In this document: one piece after another, positions 9,217 through 18,094 of the stretch
Layout of the letters: the number at the start of each line of letters is the position of its first letter
How positions within the stretch are numbered: the stretch's first letter is position 1
DNA from: a virus
Length of the DNA: 64,000 nucleotides
Strand: one strand, 5' to 3'
IMG/VR virus record: IMGVR_UViG_3300025929_000014
Span: 32,001-96,000 of that record
Notes under the pieces: model-generated
The model's database searches: none
What the model was told of the DNA's origin: nothing
The model's input: only the letters and a program-made list of their open reading frames with translations
Made by a program: the position numbers and the translations under genes

Positions 9217-9732
9217 ATGTCCATGATGACATTAGATCCACCAGATACCTGGGAAGACCTGATCGACGCGACGGAAGTGGCGCGTATGTTGGGCGGATCG
9301 CATGACCCGGTGTCGGCGCAGACGATCTCCAATTTGGTCGCCGATAAGCGCTTGCGTGCCATACGCATCACCCCCAAGCTGCTGCGCTTCCGGCGCTCGG
9401 ATATCTGGGAGTACCTGCAAGAGGCGATGACCAAGCCGCTCCAGCCCCCGCAGACCACCATTCCGGTGGAACGGGTGCTGACGCCCTATGCCCTGACCGG
9501 CAAGGTCAAGCAGCGCCTGACCAGCGTTGCTCTGGCGGAGACCGCCCTGGCCGCGATTAAGGATATTCGCGTCGATTGGGGCGATGGCTCGCCGGCCAGC
9601 CCAGCCGAAATCGTCAACGGATTGATCGTCGGCAGCCACACCTATGCAGAGCCCGGATCCTATCAGGTGCAGATCGACGTGCTCGCCAATGGCCTGCACA
9701 TCCACACCACCTCGACCTGCGATATAGACTAG
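9217..9732 (+). CDS. excisionase/MerR-like HTH fused to PKD-like Ig domain
   Basis: N-term LIDATEVARMLG...LRFRRSDI; C-term VDWGDGS...SHTYAEPGSYQV; AGGAGG RBS. Confidence 0.75.
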   Translation: MSMMTLDPPDTWEDLIDATEVARMLGGSHDPVSAQTISNLVADKRLRAIRITPKLLRFRRSDIWEYLQEAMTKPLQPPQTTIPVERVLTPYALTGKVKQRLTSVALAETALAAIKDIRVDWGDGSPASPAEIVNGLIVGSHTYAEPGSYQVQIDVLANGLHIHTTSTCDID

Positions 9733-9761
9733 GCCCCCTCCCCCGTACATTTCTCCCCGTA

Positions 9762-9786
9762 GCCGCCAGGTTCTGGCGGTTTTTTG
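9762..9786 (+). terminator. intrinsic terminator
   Basis: CCGCCAG-gtt-CTGGCGG followed by T6. Confidence 0.85.
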
Positions 9787-9840
9787 TTGAATGTTGACGG
9801 GTGTTGACCCAACCCCCAGTATGGTATCCAACGGCCTCGC

Positions 9841-9869
9841 TTGACAGGTTGAGATGGATGAAATAGAGT
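9841..9869 (+). promoter_or_regulatory. sigma-70 promoter
   Basis: TTGACA-N17-TAGAGT. Confidence 0.75.
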
Positions 9870-9885
9870 GTAGTGGAGGTGATAT

Positions 9886-10962
9886 ATGAAAATGGAAGCC
9901 ATGGCCCGTAATCTGGTGCCGATCTTAACGCAACTCAAACCCTTAACCAAAGCGGATAGTAAGACGGCGAATCAGTATGTGTTCTTTCGCCCATCGCCCG
10001 ACGATCCGAATGGCACCATCCTGGTCAGCGCGACCAATGGCCATGTCTTCGCACAGTGCGCGCTCGACGGGCGAGTCGAGGGTCTGCTGGCGGTGTTGCT
10101 CGCCGATCTGCTGCCCATCGTGCGCGCGTCGTCTAGCGTTACGGTGTGCCAGCTGGACTGGACGGCAGAGAAGCTCTCGGCGAGTATCCAGTGCGGCCGA
10201 ACCACAGGACACATTAAAGCGCTTGCCGAACCAGCGCTCTCGCTCTCCGCACGGCCGCAGGTGCCGGCGACGCATGCCGTCGTGCCCGACGCGAGCTATT
10301 TCGGCGCCGCCATCACGTCCACGCTGAAGGCGTTGCCGGCTGCCGAGCAGCTGCGCATCACCGTCGAGCACCATGGCTACCAAATCGTAGCCGACTCCCG
10401 GCCGGCGCGGGTAGTGCATGGCGATCAACAGGGCGCTCCCATTACGCTCGCGTCGTCGGTTGCCGGGCTCTTTGCCGGTCAGCTCTTTATGGGTCCGGCG
10501 CTCGTTGGCTGGGGCGAGGGGTATGTGCTGGCCACATCCCGGAGCGATCCAGATCTGTGGGTGGCGGCCACCCGATTGCCTGACCTGGAGCCGCGCCTCC
10601 TCTTACTCCCGGATGCCAATGCGCAGCCGGCCGCCACCATGCAGGCAGAGGCTCTCCTGGATGCCCTGCAGGCGTTAGAGCGCGCCGATCAGGAGTATGT
10701 GCTTCTGCAGTTTAACGTGCATGGCGCGGACGATATGCTGCGCGTGCGGCGCATCGACGGCCAACTGGTTTCCTCCCTCGACTGCCGCATCAAGGAGCGC
10801 ACCGAGCGGTCAGCGCTCCTGCACGCGCCGACGCTCCTGGCCTGGCTGAAAACCCTGCCCCGCTACATGCAGATCGACTACTGGCCGGACTTCGCCTCGC
10901 ATTATGTCGTGTTCCGGTGTGTCGATGCCCCGCTCACCCTTGCGCTCGCCATCTGTAGCTAA
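9886..10962 (+). CDS. DNA polymerase III beta clamp-like protein (divergent)
   Basis: 358 aa (DnaN size); LVSATNG and AEALLDALQAL resemble DnaN segments; first gene of replication operon. Confidence 0.55.
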   Translation: MKMEAMARNLVPILTQLKPLTKADSKTANQYVFFRPSPDDPNGTILVSATNGHVFAQCALDGRVEGLLAVLLADLLPIVRASSSVTVCQLDWTAEKLSASIQCGRTTGHIKALAEPALSLSARPQVPATHAVVPDASYFGAAITSTLKALPAAEQLRITVEHHGYQIVADSRPARVVHGDQQGAPITLASSVAGLFAGQLFMGPALVGWGEGYVLATSRSDPDLWVAATRLPDLEPRLLLLPDANAQPAATMQAEALLDALQALERADQEYVLLQFNVHGADDMLRVRRIDGQLVSSLDCRIKERTERSALLHAPTLLAWLKTLPRYMQIDYWPDFASHYVVFRCVDAPLTLALAICS

Positions 10963-10973
10963 AGGAGAATGTT

Positions 10974-11333
10974 ATGTCAATAGCCGACCGCTTGGCGCTG
11001 ATTGCCGGCGAAATCTCCGCCACTGACAGGGACCTGCACCTACGCGATTTATCGATCATCGAGCGCGCCACCGACGATATCCAGCGCGCTATTCTCGTGC
11101 GGCGCACGCAGCTGGTCGCTGCCCAGAATGCCGATCCTTCCGGCGTGAAGCGCTGCGTCCACCCCATCGAATATCGCAGCTGGACGGATATGGAGCCCTA
11201 TGGTCCTCCCAACGAGCATCGCGTGCGCCTGCATTATCAGTGCCATCTCTGCATGGTTCACGCCGATACGCTGACCGCAGCCGATAGTCCGATGGCTGAC
11301 AAGGTACGCGAGTTTCTCAGGGATACTCAATAA
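10974..11333 (+). CDS. hypothetical protein with Zn-ribbon-like C-terminus
   Basis: CVHP...CHLC; AAGGAG RBS. Confidence 0.6.
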   Translation: MSIADRLALIAGEISATDRDLHLRDLSIIERATDDIQRAILVRRTQLVAAQNADPSGVKRCVHPIEYRSWTDMEPYGPPNEHRVRLHYQCHLCMVHADTLTAADSPMADKVREFLRDTQ

Positions 11334-12706
11334 TGCAGCTGCGTGCCTATCAGCAAGAGGCCGTCCAGTGGCTCCTCGCCCGCAAGGGCAGGGGCATCCT
11401 GGCCTACGATATGGGGCTCGGCAAGACTCCCACTACGCTTTCCGCCATCGCCCAGATGCGCCAGGGCCGAGTGCTCATCTTCGCCCCGAAGATCGCCTGC
11501 GGGGTCTGGCTCCGGGAGGCCGCACAGTGGCTGCCCGCCTGGCCCCAGCTGCTCTACGCCGGCACCAAGAAGGAGCGTGATGGTATCTGGCAGCAGTATC
11601 TCCAATCAGGCGGTCTCTTGATCACAAACTATCAGATGGCGAAGGAGCTGGTAGAGCGTCAGGCCGTCTGGCCGGTGGTGGTCTGCGATGAAAGCCACCT
11701 GTTGCGTAATCGCAAGACCGGAATGTTTAAGGCCGTCAACTCATTTCGGTCGGGCGCCATGGTGCTGCTCACCGGCTCGCCCATCATGAACCATCCCACC
11801 GATCTCTGGACACAGCTGAAGCTCATCGCTCCCAAGGAGTTCAGCTCCTTCTGGCGCTTCGCGCAGGAGCACTGCGAGGTCAATCAGGGCTTCTTCGGCT
11901 GGGAGATAGGCGATATCAAGACGCCCGAACACACACAACAAGCGCTCAAGCCCTATGTACTGCGCAAGACGAAGGAGGAGGTGCTCACCGAGCTGCCGCC
12001 CAAGATTCGCCAGACCATCCCATTCCCCCTGGCCCCAGGCCAGCGCATGCTCTACGACGACCTGGCCGATGACCTGATGGCCACCATTGCCTCCATGGAG
12101 GGCACAGATATGCTGCTGGCGCCCAACGTGATCGCCAAGATTACCCGGCTCCGTCAGATCTGCGTCACGCCGATTCTCGTGGGTGATATCCATTCCAGCG
12201 CTATGTTCGATGCCCTGGCGGAGTATGCGGCATCCGACTTCGATGCCGGCCGGCCGATTCTGGTCTTCACGCCGTTCGCCGAAGCCCTGGATGCCATTCA
12301 GGAGCGGCTCCAGCCGCTCTGCGGCGAGCATATCTATCGCATCCAGGGCGGCATGTCCTCCAGGGACACCAACGAGCAGGTGGAGGGGTTTCAGCGCGAT
12401 CTCTTCGACGCCAGGGCGTTGCTCTGTACGGTCGGTGTCGGTAGCTCATTCACCGCAACGGCCGCCAAGAGCGTCTACTTCATGGGCAGCGCCTGGAATC
12501 CTGCCCAGAACCTGCAATGCGAGGATCGCGCGCATCGCCTGGGCCAGAAGGGGTCTGTCGTGGTGCGCTACCTGGTCGGTGAGAACACCATCGACGAGCA
12601 CATCCTGGCCACGTTGGATCGTAAAACGACCTGGGCTGCTCTTGCTTTAGACCCCAAGATGTTGCTGCGTCCGGCAGCCGAGCGCGTACAGCGCTTTGTC
12701 AGTTAG
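11333..12706 (+). CDS. SNF2-family helicase
   Basis: DMGLGKT, DESH, TGSPIMN, QCEDRAHRLGQ. Confidence 0.93.
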   Translation: MQLRAYQQEAVQWLLARKGRGILAYDMGLGKTPTTLSAIAQMRQGRVLIFAPKIACGVWLREAAQWLPAWPQLLYAGTKKERDGIWQQYLQSGGLLITNYQMAKELVERQAVWPVVVCDESHLLRNRKTGMFKAVNSFRSGAMVLLTGSPIMNHPTDLWTQLKLIAPKEFSSFWRFAQEHCEVNQGFFGWEIGDIKTPEHTQQALKPYVLRKTKEEVLTELPPKIRQTIPFPLAPGQRMLYDDLADDLMATIASMEGTDMLLAPNVIAKITRLRQICVTPILVGDIHSSAMFDALAEYAASDFDAGRPILVFTPFAEALDAIQERLQPLCGEHIYRIQGGMSSRDTNEQVEGFQRDLFDARALLCTVGVGSSFTATAAKSVYFMGSAWNPAQNLQCEDRAHRLGQKGSVVVRYLVGENTIDEHILATLDRKTTWAALALDPKMLLRPAAERVQRFVS

Positions 12707-12713
12707 GAGCGGT

Positions 12714-12935
12714 ATGGAAGAAATCACAGCGAACATTTATCGGTGGACGGCGAAGGAGGCGCAGCTCATCGCCACCAGACACCTGCACGGCATACCGCAT
12801 GTGGGCGACAGCATTACGTTCTCCGGCTTTATCGAGGGGAGCGCCAACTGGATTGTAGAGCATGTGGAGCATATGGTGGGGGGGCACCAAGTCCATTGCG
12901 CACACGTATCACGTACTCAGCATCTATGTACATAA
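12714..12935 (+). CDS. hypothetical protein
   Basis: AGGAG RBS. Confidence 0.55.
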   Translation: MEEITANIYRWTAKEAQLIATRHLHGIPHVGDSITFSGFIEGSANWIVEHVEHMVGGHQVHCAHVSRTQHLCT

Positions 12936-12958
12936 ACCAGGAGAGGAACAAGCATTGT

Positions 12959-13180
12959 ATGACCGCACAACCTACTGATCAAGAAGAGGTTCGCCGCAAG
13001 GTCCGCCTCGCCCATGAAGCGGTGCTGGCAGCCGGCCAGGCGCTCTGCGCCTGCGGCATGTGGACGATGGCCGACACTATCCGCTTTGCGGCTGAAGTCC
13101 TGGAGCGCATGGGTACGGACATGAACCAGTACGAGAAGGTGCGTCTGCGCCGGCAGCAGGAGGCAATCGTCAATGGATGA
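12959..13180 (+). CDS. hypothetical protein
   Basis: RBS; coupled to next ORF. Confidence 0.55.
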   Translation: MTAQPTDQEEVRRKVRLAHEAVLAAGQALCACGMWTMADTIRFAAEVLERMGTDMNQYEKVRLRRQQEAIVNG

Positions 13181-13397
13181 ATATTCGACGTGGATTCTCG
13201 AAACCGATGACCTGGCCGCGAAGATGAACCAGTTGGCGAATGACTGCTGGCATCCAGTATTCATGGCGCCGCAACAATGGCTAGAGGAGTATGGACAGGG
13301 CGTCGTCGTCTGTGCCTATACCGTGATCTTCTCTCGCCCGCGTCCTATCCCTGTCCCGCCCAAGCCGAAGCGAGAGGTCAAGCCGCATGGTCGTTAG
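13173..13397 (+). CDS. hypothetical protein
   Basis: GGAGG RBS. Confidence 0.55.
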   Translation: MDEYSTWILETDDLAAKMNQLANDCWHPVFMAPQQWLEEYGQGVVVCAYTVIFSRPRPIPVPPKPKREVKPHGR

Positions 13398-13800
13398 GGC
13401 TCCAGAGGACTCTTATTATAGAGCTGCGAGAGGCGAGGAACCGATGTTAGTTCCCGGTGGCGTTATCGAGAAACTAGATAGGAATATAGACGCTATCCTT
13501 GCGCTGATCCGGGCGCAAAACACGCAGATCGCTCGGCTGGAACTTGCGCAGGTGCCGGCCGCTCAAGCGCTGCCGAATGCTTTACTACCCAAGCTGGATT
13601 CCCTCATCGACCGTGTGGAGCAGCAGGAACAGGAGTACGGCTATTTGGTGCAGGCGGTCTCTTTGCGCCGGCTGATTCTGGCTCGCGCCAGCCAGGAGGC
13701 GCTTGATCGCCTGGTTATCAGGCTGCCGACCGTCATCATGGTCTCGTTTCTGAGCCTGTTGACGTTTGTGCTGGGGCTCATTGCCCTCATTGTCGTTTAG
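13387..13800 (+). CDS. coiled-coil protein with C-terminal TM anchor
   Basis: hydrophobic C-terminal 25 aa. Confidence 0.6.
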   Translation: MVVRAPEDSYYRAARGEEPMLVPGGVIEKLDRNIDAILALIRAQNTQIARLELAQVPAAQALPNALLPKLDSLIDRVEQQEQEYGYLVQAVSLRRLILARASQEALDRLVIRLPTVIMVSFLSLLTFVLGLIALIVV

Positions 13801-13810
13801 GGAGGTAGAG

Positions 13811-14113
13811 ATGTTAGATAAACCTTATGGCTCCGAGTTTGGCTTGTCCGGTAACTACACGGCTCCGACCTTTATGGAACCCAGTTGGAGCTTCGCCGAA
13901 CTGGTGCGCATCGAGCTGGAGCGCGCTCGCATGAAGCACGGCAACGCGCCCTTCCATTCCCTACACGAGGGCTACGCCATCATCCTGGAGGAGATTGACG
14001 AGCTGTGGGCGGAGATCAAACAGCAGTCGCCACAGATTGCGCGGTTGCGCATGGAAGCCATTCAGGCGGCCGCCATGTTGCAGCGCTTCGTCGAAGATCT
14101 GGGGCTGCTGTAA
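13811..14113 (+). CDS. MazG-like all-alpha NTP pyrophosphohydrolase
   Basis: HEGYAIILEEIDELW...EAIQAAAM pattern; GGAGG RBS. Confidence 0.6.
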   Translation: MLDKPYGSEFGLSGNYTAPTFMEPSWSFAELVRIELERARMKHGNAPFHSLHEGYAIILEEIDELWAEIKQQSPQIARLRMEAIQAAAMLQRFVEDLGLL

Positions 14114-14424
14114 TGATGGAAGAAGATATCGTCATCGATCAGCTCAAGGAGCATATTTACGGGCTGGTGGCAGAGCTGAAGCTGGCCACGAGTCCTATCT
14201 ATACCGTGAACCTGCTGCATGAATTGGAGTCGTCGTCCGCGTCGCTCCGCTATGCCCTGCATGATACGGTGCGGACGGAGAAGCTCGCCAGGACGCTCTA
14301 TGAGACCGATCCGACGCGCGATGTGGATTGGTTCCAGCTGCCGGAGTCGGCGCGTGTGCAGCTGCGCGCGCACGCCACTTCGCTTATCGCGCACTATGAT
14401 GTTTTAGAGAAGATCAATGACTGA
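14113..14424 (+). CDS. hypothetical protein
   Basis: TAATG coupling. Confidence 0.6.
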   Translation: MMEEDIVIDQLKEHIYGLVAELKLATSPIYTVNLLHELESSSASLRYALHDTVRTEKLARTLYETDPTRDVDWFQLPESARVQLRAHATSLIAHYDVLEKIND

Positions 14425-14734
14425 GGCAGATATTGCGCAGGCTACTGCCCTCTATCTAGCGGGGATGTCGCAGGCCAAGATCGGAAAGAAGTTGCACTAT
14501 GCAGCAACTACTATCTCGCGTAACCTGCGGCTTGCCGGCGTGGCCACCAAGCGGCCCAACCCGCTCCGGGCACAACAGGCGCGCGACTTGCGCGTCCAGC
14601 ACCGGAAGATGACCTGGGACGCTATCGCGCTGGCGGTTGGCTATGCCAATGGTCCCACAGCGCGCACGTCTGTCGCGCGTACCCTGGGCGCCGTCCCCTC
14701 TCGCCGTAACCTGAAAGTAAGGAATGCCGCATGA
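14417..14734 (+). CDS. double HTH DNA-binding protein
   Basis: GMSQAKIGKKLHYAATTISRNL and MTWDAIALAVGY. Confidence 0.7.
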   Translation: MTEADIAQATALYLAGMSQAKIGKKLHYAATTISRNLRLAGVATKRPNPLRAQQARDLRVQHRKMTWDAIALAVGYANGPTARTSVARTLGAVPSRRNLKVRNAA

Positions 14735-14886
14735 AGACGACACGCACGATCATTGAAGCCTTACTGGACTGTCTGACGGATCGCGCTGGGTTTGACGCCT
14801 GGTGGGATGAGATTCCCGACGAGATCCAGTGCGACATCAAGGACGACCTGCAGGAAGTCCTGGAGGAGGAACTGGCCTATGACTAA
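14731..14886 (+). CDS. small acidic protein (51 aa)
   Basis: ATGA coupling; MKTTRTIIEALLD...; absent from ORF track. Confidence 0.55.
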   Translation: MKTTRTIIEALLDCLTDRAGFDAWWDEIPDEIQCDIKDDLQEVLEEELAYD

Positions 14887-14928
14887 GCCATGTACGCGAG
14901 GCGCTTGTATTCGGGAGGAGCTGTAAAG

Positions 14929-15150
14929 ATGTTCCGCACACCGAAGGAACTCGCGCTCCGCTATGCGCGTGAATTAGACCGGCGTCTGGAGAGCGAGAAC
15001 TATCACTCGCTGTCCGGCGTCCATGAGGCGCTGTGCAACCTGCTGCTGATAGAGCTGGTGCTGGAGCAGGAAACTCTCCATATCATGCGGGAGATTAGCG
15101 AGCGTGGCGGCCTGACCAATCTGGAGAACTGGGAGCGGAACAATGGCTGA
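14929..15150 (+). CDS. hypothetical protein
   Basis: GGAGGAG RBS. Confidence 0.55.
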   Translation: MFRTPKELALRYARELDRRLESENYHSLSGVHEALCNLLLIELVLEQETLHIMREISERGGLTNLENWERNNG

Positions 15151-15559
15151 GATCGCCTGGGAGTGGAAGCCCAAGCTCGGCCTGCACCATGGAGTCCTCG
15201 ATGGCACCATTCGCGTAGCAGTCTTCAAGGTCGGCAGCCACTACGAGTGGAAGGTCTTCACGCCGGATGACTCGGCAATCGAGCAGTCCGGCGAGAAGCC
15301 GAATCTCAAGGAAGCCAAGCGAGCAGCCGAAAACTGGCTCAACAAGCCGGAGCCAGAGCATCTCCAGTGCTGTATCTGCGGCGGGGAGATGGTTACTCGC
15401 ATCGAATGGCGTGGACCACGCTATACGTTTTGGGTCTCGCATGTACCGGGCGCCGTTGAGTTGCAGGTCGTGGGCGGGAGGCTCTTTAACCTGGGCTATC
15501 GCTGCGCCGCGTGTTGCGACAAGCACAAGGCGGAGCAGCACGATGCCCAGCATGCGTGA
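15143..15559 (+). CDS. hypothetical protein with Zn-finger C-terminus
   Basis: CCIC...CAAC. Confidence 0.6.
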   Translation: MAEIAWEWKPKLGLHHGVLDGTIRVAVFKVGSHYEWKVFTPDDSAIEQSGEKPNLKEAKRAAENWLNKPEPEHLQCCICGGEMVTRIEWRGPRYTFWVSHVPGAVELQVVGGRLFNLGYRCAACCDKHKAEQHDAQHA

Positions 15560-15743
15560 GCTGCGTATCGCCGCCGCCCGCCAAGGGTGGCGGGTGCGCA
15601 AGACAAACGGCAGCCATTTCCAGTTCGTGCCCGCCGATCCGGCACAGCGCCCTGTCTATGCCGCCAGCACGCCGTCCGACCAACGCGCGCTGTCCAATGT
15701 GCTCGCCGACTTGCGGCGATCCGGCTTTCGCTGGCCTATTTGA
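15543..15743 (+). CDS. HicA-like (dsRBD-fold) protein
   Basis: GWRVRKTNGSHFQF...STPSD..A..N...DLRR. Confidence 0.7.
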   Translation: MPSMRELRIAAARQGWRVRKTNGSHFQFVPADPAQRPVYAASTPSDQRALSNVLADLRRSGFRWPI

Positions 15744-16200
15744 GCAGCCGCTTTGCTGCACGCCCGATGGCATCCTCGTCCGGTCGGATGTTGATGTTCC
15801 AGGTGTTATTGGCCAGCCAGCAGTAGGTCGTGTCCGTCGGATAGTTCTCCAGGCAGCCGGTGGCGAAGAAGGCATAGGCGATATAGTCGCTGCGCAGCTT
15901 CCCTTCGGCATTGACAAAGCGCTGCTCGTTCCGGGTCTTCGGCGCCGGTAGTATCGGCGGATCCTCATTCATAAAATAGGCGCAGGTGGTGGAGACCGCC
16001 TGCGCTTCCTGTTCTAGGGTGTAGCGGGTAGGGCCTCCCCGCCAGTCGTGCATGGCATGGAAGAGCTGGTACGAGGCAATGCCGCAGCCCTGTATCGCCG
16101 CCTCGTAGCGGTTGATGAATTGCTGCGCGTGTGATGATTTCGCCTGTGCCGGCAGTGCGCCGAGCAGCAGTAGTAGGCAGAGAACGCTCGCTAGTTTCAT
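15736..16200 (-). CDS. secreted protein, opposite orientation (moron-like)
   Basis: signal peptide MKLASVLCLLLLLGALPAQA; AAGGA RBS. Confidence 0.7.
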   Translation of the reverse strand: MKLASVLCLLLLLGALPAQAKSSHAQQFINRYEAAIQGCGIASYQLFHAMHDWRGGPTRYTLEQEAQAVSTTCAYFMNEDPPILPAPKTRNEQRFVNAEGKLRSDYIAYAFFATGCLENYPTDTTYCWLANNTWNINIRPDEDAIGRAAKRLLK

Positions 16201-16312
16201 GGTGTATTCCTTTCCGGCCCAGTATGGCAGGTTTTTCAGGAGACCGCAAATGAAACTTGACAGCCCTCTGGGGTATCCCCCATCGTGGTGGCTATTGGGA
16301 AGGAGGCGTCCA

Positions 16313-16627
16313 ATGGAGTGTAAGGAGTTATGGGCGGACGCTGCCGACCGAGCGGTGGAAGATCCCGACTGCCTGCCGATACAGGTAAACGCCATTAGGT
16401 GGCGGGTAAAAGAGTATGCCGTAGTGTTCTTGGGGCCGCGCTGGCATGATTGGGCCTGTAGTTGTCCAGCTGGCGCGCATCCTGTGTGTAAGCATCGCGC
16501 GATGGTAGCCGCCATCGTCTGTCTCGCCGAAGCGGGAGATGGCCTCGCCATCTATCCCTGGGAAGAGGAGGTTGATTGGATGCAACATCCAGCGTATAGT
16601 AGGAGGGAGGGAATCCCTGTACGGTAA
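16313..16627 (+). CDS. SWIM zinc-finger protein
   Basis: CSCP...CKH; AAGGAGG RBS. Confidence 0.75.
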   Translation: MECKELWADAADRAVEDPDCLPIQVNAIRWRVKEYAVVFLGPRWHDWACSCPAGAHPVCKHRAMVAAIVCLAEAGDGLAIYPWEEEVDWMQHPAYSRREGIPVR

Positions 16628-16645
16628 GAAGGAGCGTGGAAAAAC

Positions 16646-16894
16646 GTGGAGGAGCAGGTCAGACCAGACCCGAATCAACAACTGAGCGCGATGCAAGCCT
16701 CGCGCGTGATTGGCGTGACCCGCCAGGGGATCAACAAGCTCATCAGGGATGGGCGCCTGAAAGCCTCGCTGGTGGAGGCGCCCGGTCCCTATTACTACTA
16801 CGTTATCCGGCGCGGCGACCTTGACCACTACGTGGCCAATCGGCGCAACGGATGGGGACAGCTGCCGCCAGACTACATCAGCTCGCTGGAGTAG
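16646..16894 (+). CDS. excisionase-like HTH protein
   Basis: LSAMQASRVIGVTRQGINKLIRDGRLKA...IRRGDL. Confidence 0.8.
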   Translation: MEEQVRPDPNQQLSAMQASRVIGVTRQGINKLIRDGRLKASLVEAPGPYYYYVIRRGDLDHYVANRRNGWGQLPPDYISSLE

Positions 16895-16901
16895 GCTGCT
16901 G

Positions 16902-16932
16902 AGCGCCGTCCGTGACGGGGCGGCGCTTTTTC
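16902..16932 (+). terminator. intrinsic terminator
   Basis: AGCGCCGTCC...GGGCGGCGCT plus T run. Confidence 0.75.
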
Positions 16933-16958
16933 TCGCGCAAATTGCCCTGGATCAAATG

Positions 16959-16987
16959 TTGACATATAGATGAAAAACGGTTAGAGT
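16959..16987 (+). promoter_or_regulatory. sigma-70 promoter
   Basis: TTGACA-N17-TAGAGT, same hexamers as the promoter at 9841. Confidence 0.75.
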
Positions 16988-17014
16988 AGAGAAGCAGTGA
17001 GGAAAGGGGGAGAA

Positions 17015-18094
17015 ATGGACGAAACATTACCGGGCATTCGCCAGTCAGACATGGGCGCCTACCGCAAATGCCGGCGCTACTGGGACTATACGTCCGCTCT
17101 GCGCCAGAACCTCCAGCCCGGTGGGCAGGCCATCATCCATTTCTGGTTCGGCACCGGTATGCACTTTGCGCTCGAAGATTTTCACGGCTTCAATCGCTTC
17201 GGCGACCCCCGCCATGCCTTCGCCGCCTATGTGGAAGCCACCCCAGAAGCGCAGCGTCCGCCCAAGTGGGAGGAATATGCCGAGCTGGCGCCATCCATGC
17301 TCGCCTACTATCTGGAGAGCTGGCTGCCGCAGCGCAGCGAATACGACACGCTCTGGGTAGCAGGAAAGCCGCAGCTGGAGGTCAGCTGGAAGCTGCCCCT
17401 GGCCGGTCTTGACCATCCGGTGTCGGGTACGTTCGACCGTCTGGTAACCGATCCCTACGGCCGGCTCTGGATCATGGACTGGAAGATGATGGCCACTATC
17501 GAGACGGCCAAGCTGGACAACGACTTTCAGGTTACTACCTATTTATGGGCAGCCGAGCAACTCTACGGCAAGGTCGAGGGCCTGATCTACGTGCAGTTCA
17601 AGAAGGTGGTGCCCAGAGGCCCGGAATGGCTGGAGAAGAGCGGGCGCTTTAGCATGGCGACCAGCGCGCCCGTTTCGTATGGCTCGTTTGTTGCATCCTT
17701 GAAACATCGCTTTGGCACTGTGCCGTCCGAGTATCAGGCGCATCTTAACAAGCTGGCGATGCTGGAGGATGGCGACGGCGACCTCTTTATCCGGCGCACG
17801 CTGGTGCGGCGCAACCGTAACGCGCTCACCCTGCACGGCCAGCACGTCACCGCCCAGGCCCGCGAGATGACCTATCCGCATCTGGCCATCTATCCCAATC
17901 CCACCAAGGACTGTGGCTACTGCCCGTTTCGGGCACCCTGCCTGGCCGCCGATGACGGCGCCGACGAGGCATATCTGCTCCAGGAAAACTTTGTGAGTAG
18001 GAATACCGCAGATGACTGGCGGGACCGCATCAAGTGGCCCGCCGCCAAAGGGGGTGATGTCAATCTACCCGCAGCTCAATTAGCCGTCGTGTAA
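17015..18094 (+). CDS. PD-(D/E)XK exonuclease, Cas4/AddB-like with Fe-S staple
   Basis: CRRYW, GTGMH, GTFDRL, DWK, CGYCPFRAPC. Confidence 0.85.
   Translation: MDETLPGIRQSDMGAYRKCRRYWDYTSALRQNLQPGGQAIIHFWFGTGMHFALEDFHGFNRFGDPRHAFAAYVEATPEAQRPPKWEEYAELAPSMLAYYLESWLPQRSEYDTLWVAGKPQLEVSWKLPLAGLDHPVSGTFDRLVTDPYGRLWIMDWKMMATIETAKLDNDFQVTTYLWAAEQLYGKVEGLIYVQFKKVVPRGPEWLEKSGRFSMATSAPVSYGSFVASLKHRFGTVPSEYQAHLNKLAMLEDGDGDLFIRRTLVRRNRNALTLHGQHVTAQAREMTYPHLAIYPNPTKDCGYCPFRAPCLAADDGADEAYLLQENFVSRNTADDWRDRIKWPAAKGGDVNLPAAQLAVV

Noticed and set aside
9217-16894. Integration/lysogeny module implied by excisionase-like HTHs
   Set aside because: No integrase or att site in the window; such HTHs are often plain regulators
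17015-18094. CRISPR-Cas system (Cas4-like gene)
   Set aside because: No array or other cas genes; context is the nuclease-Sak4-SSB recombination module
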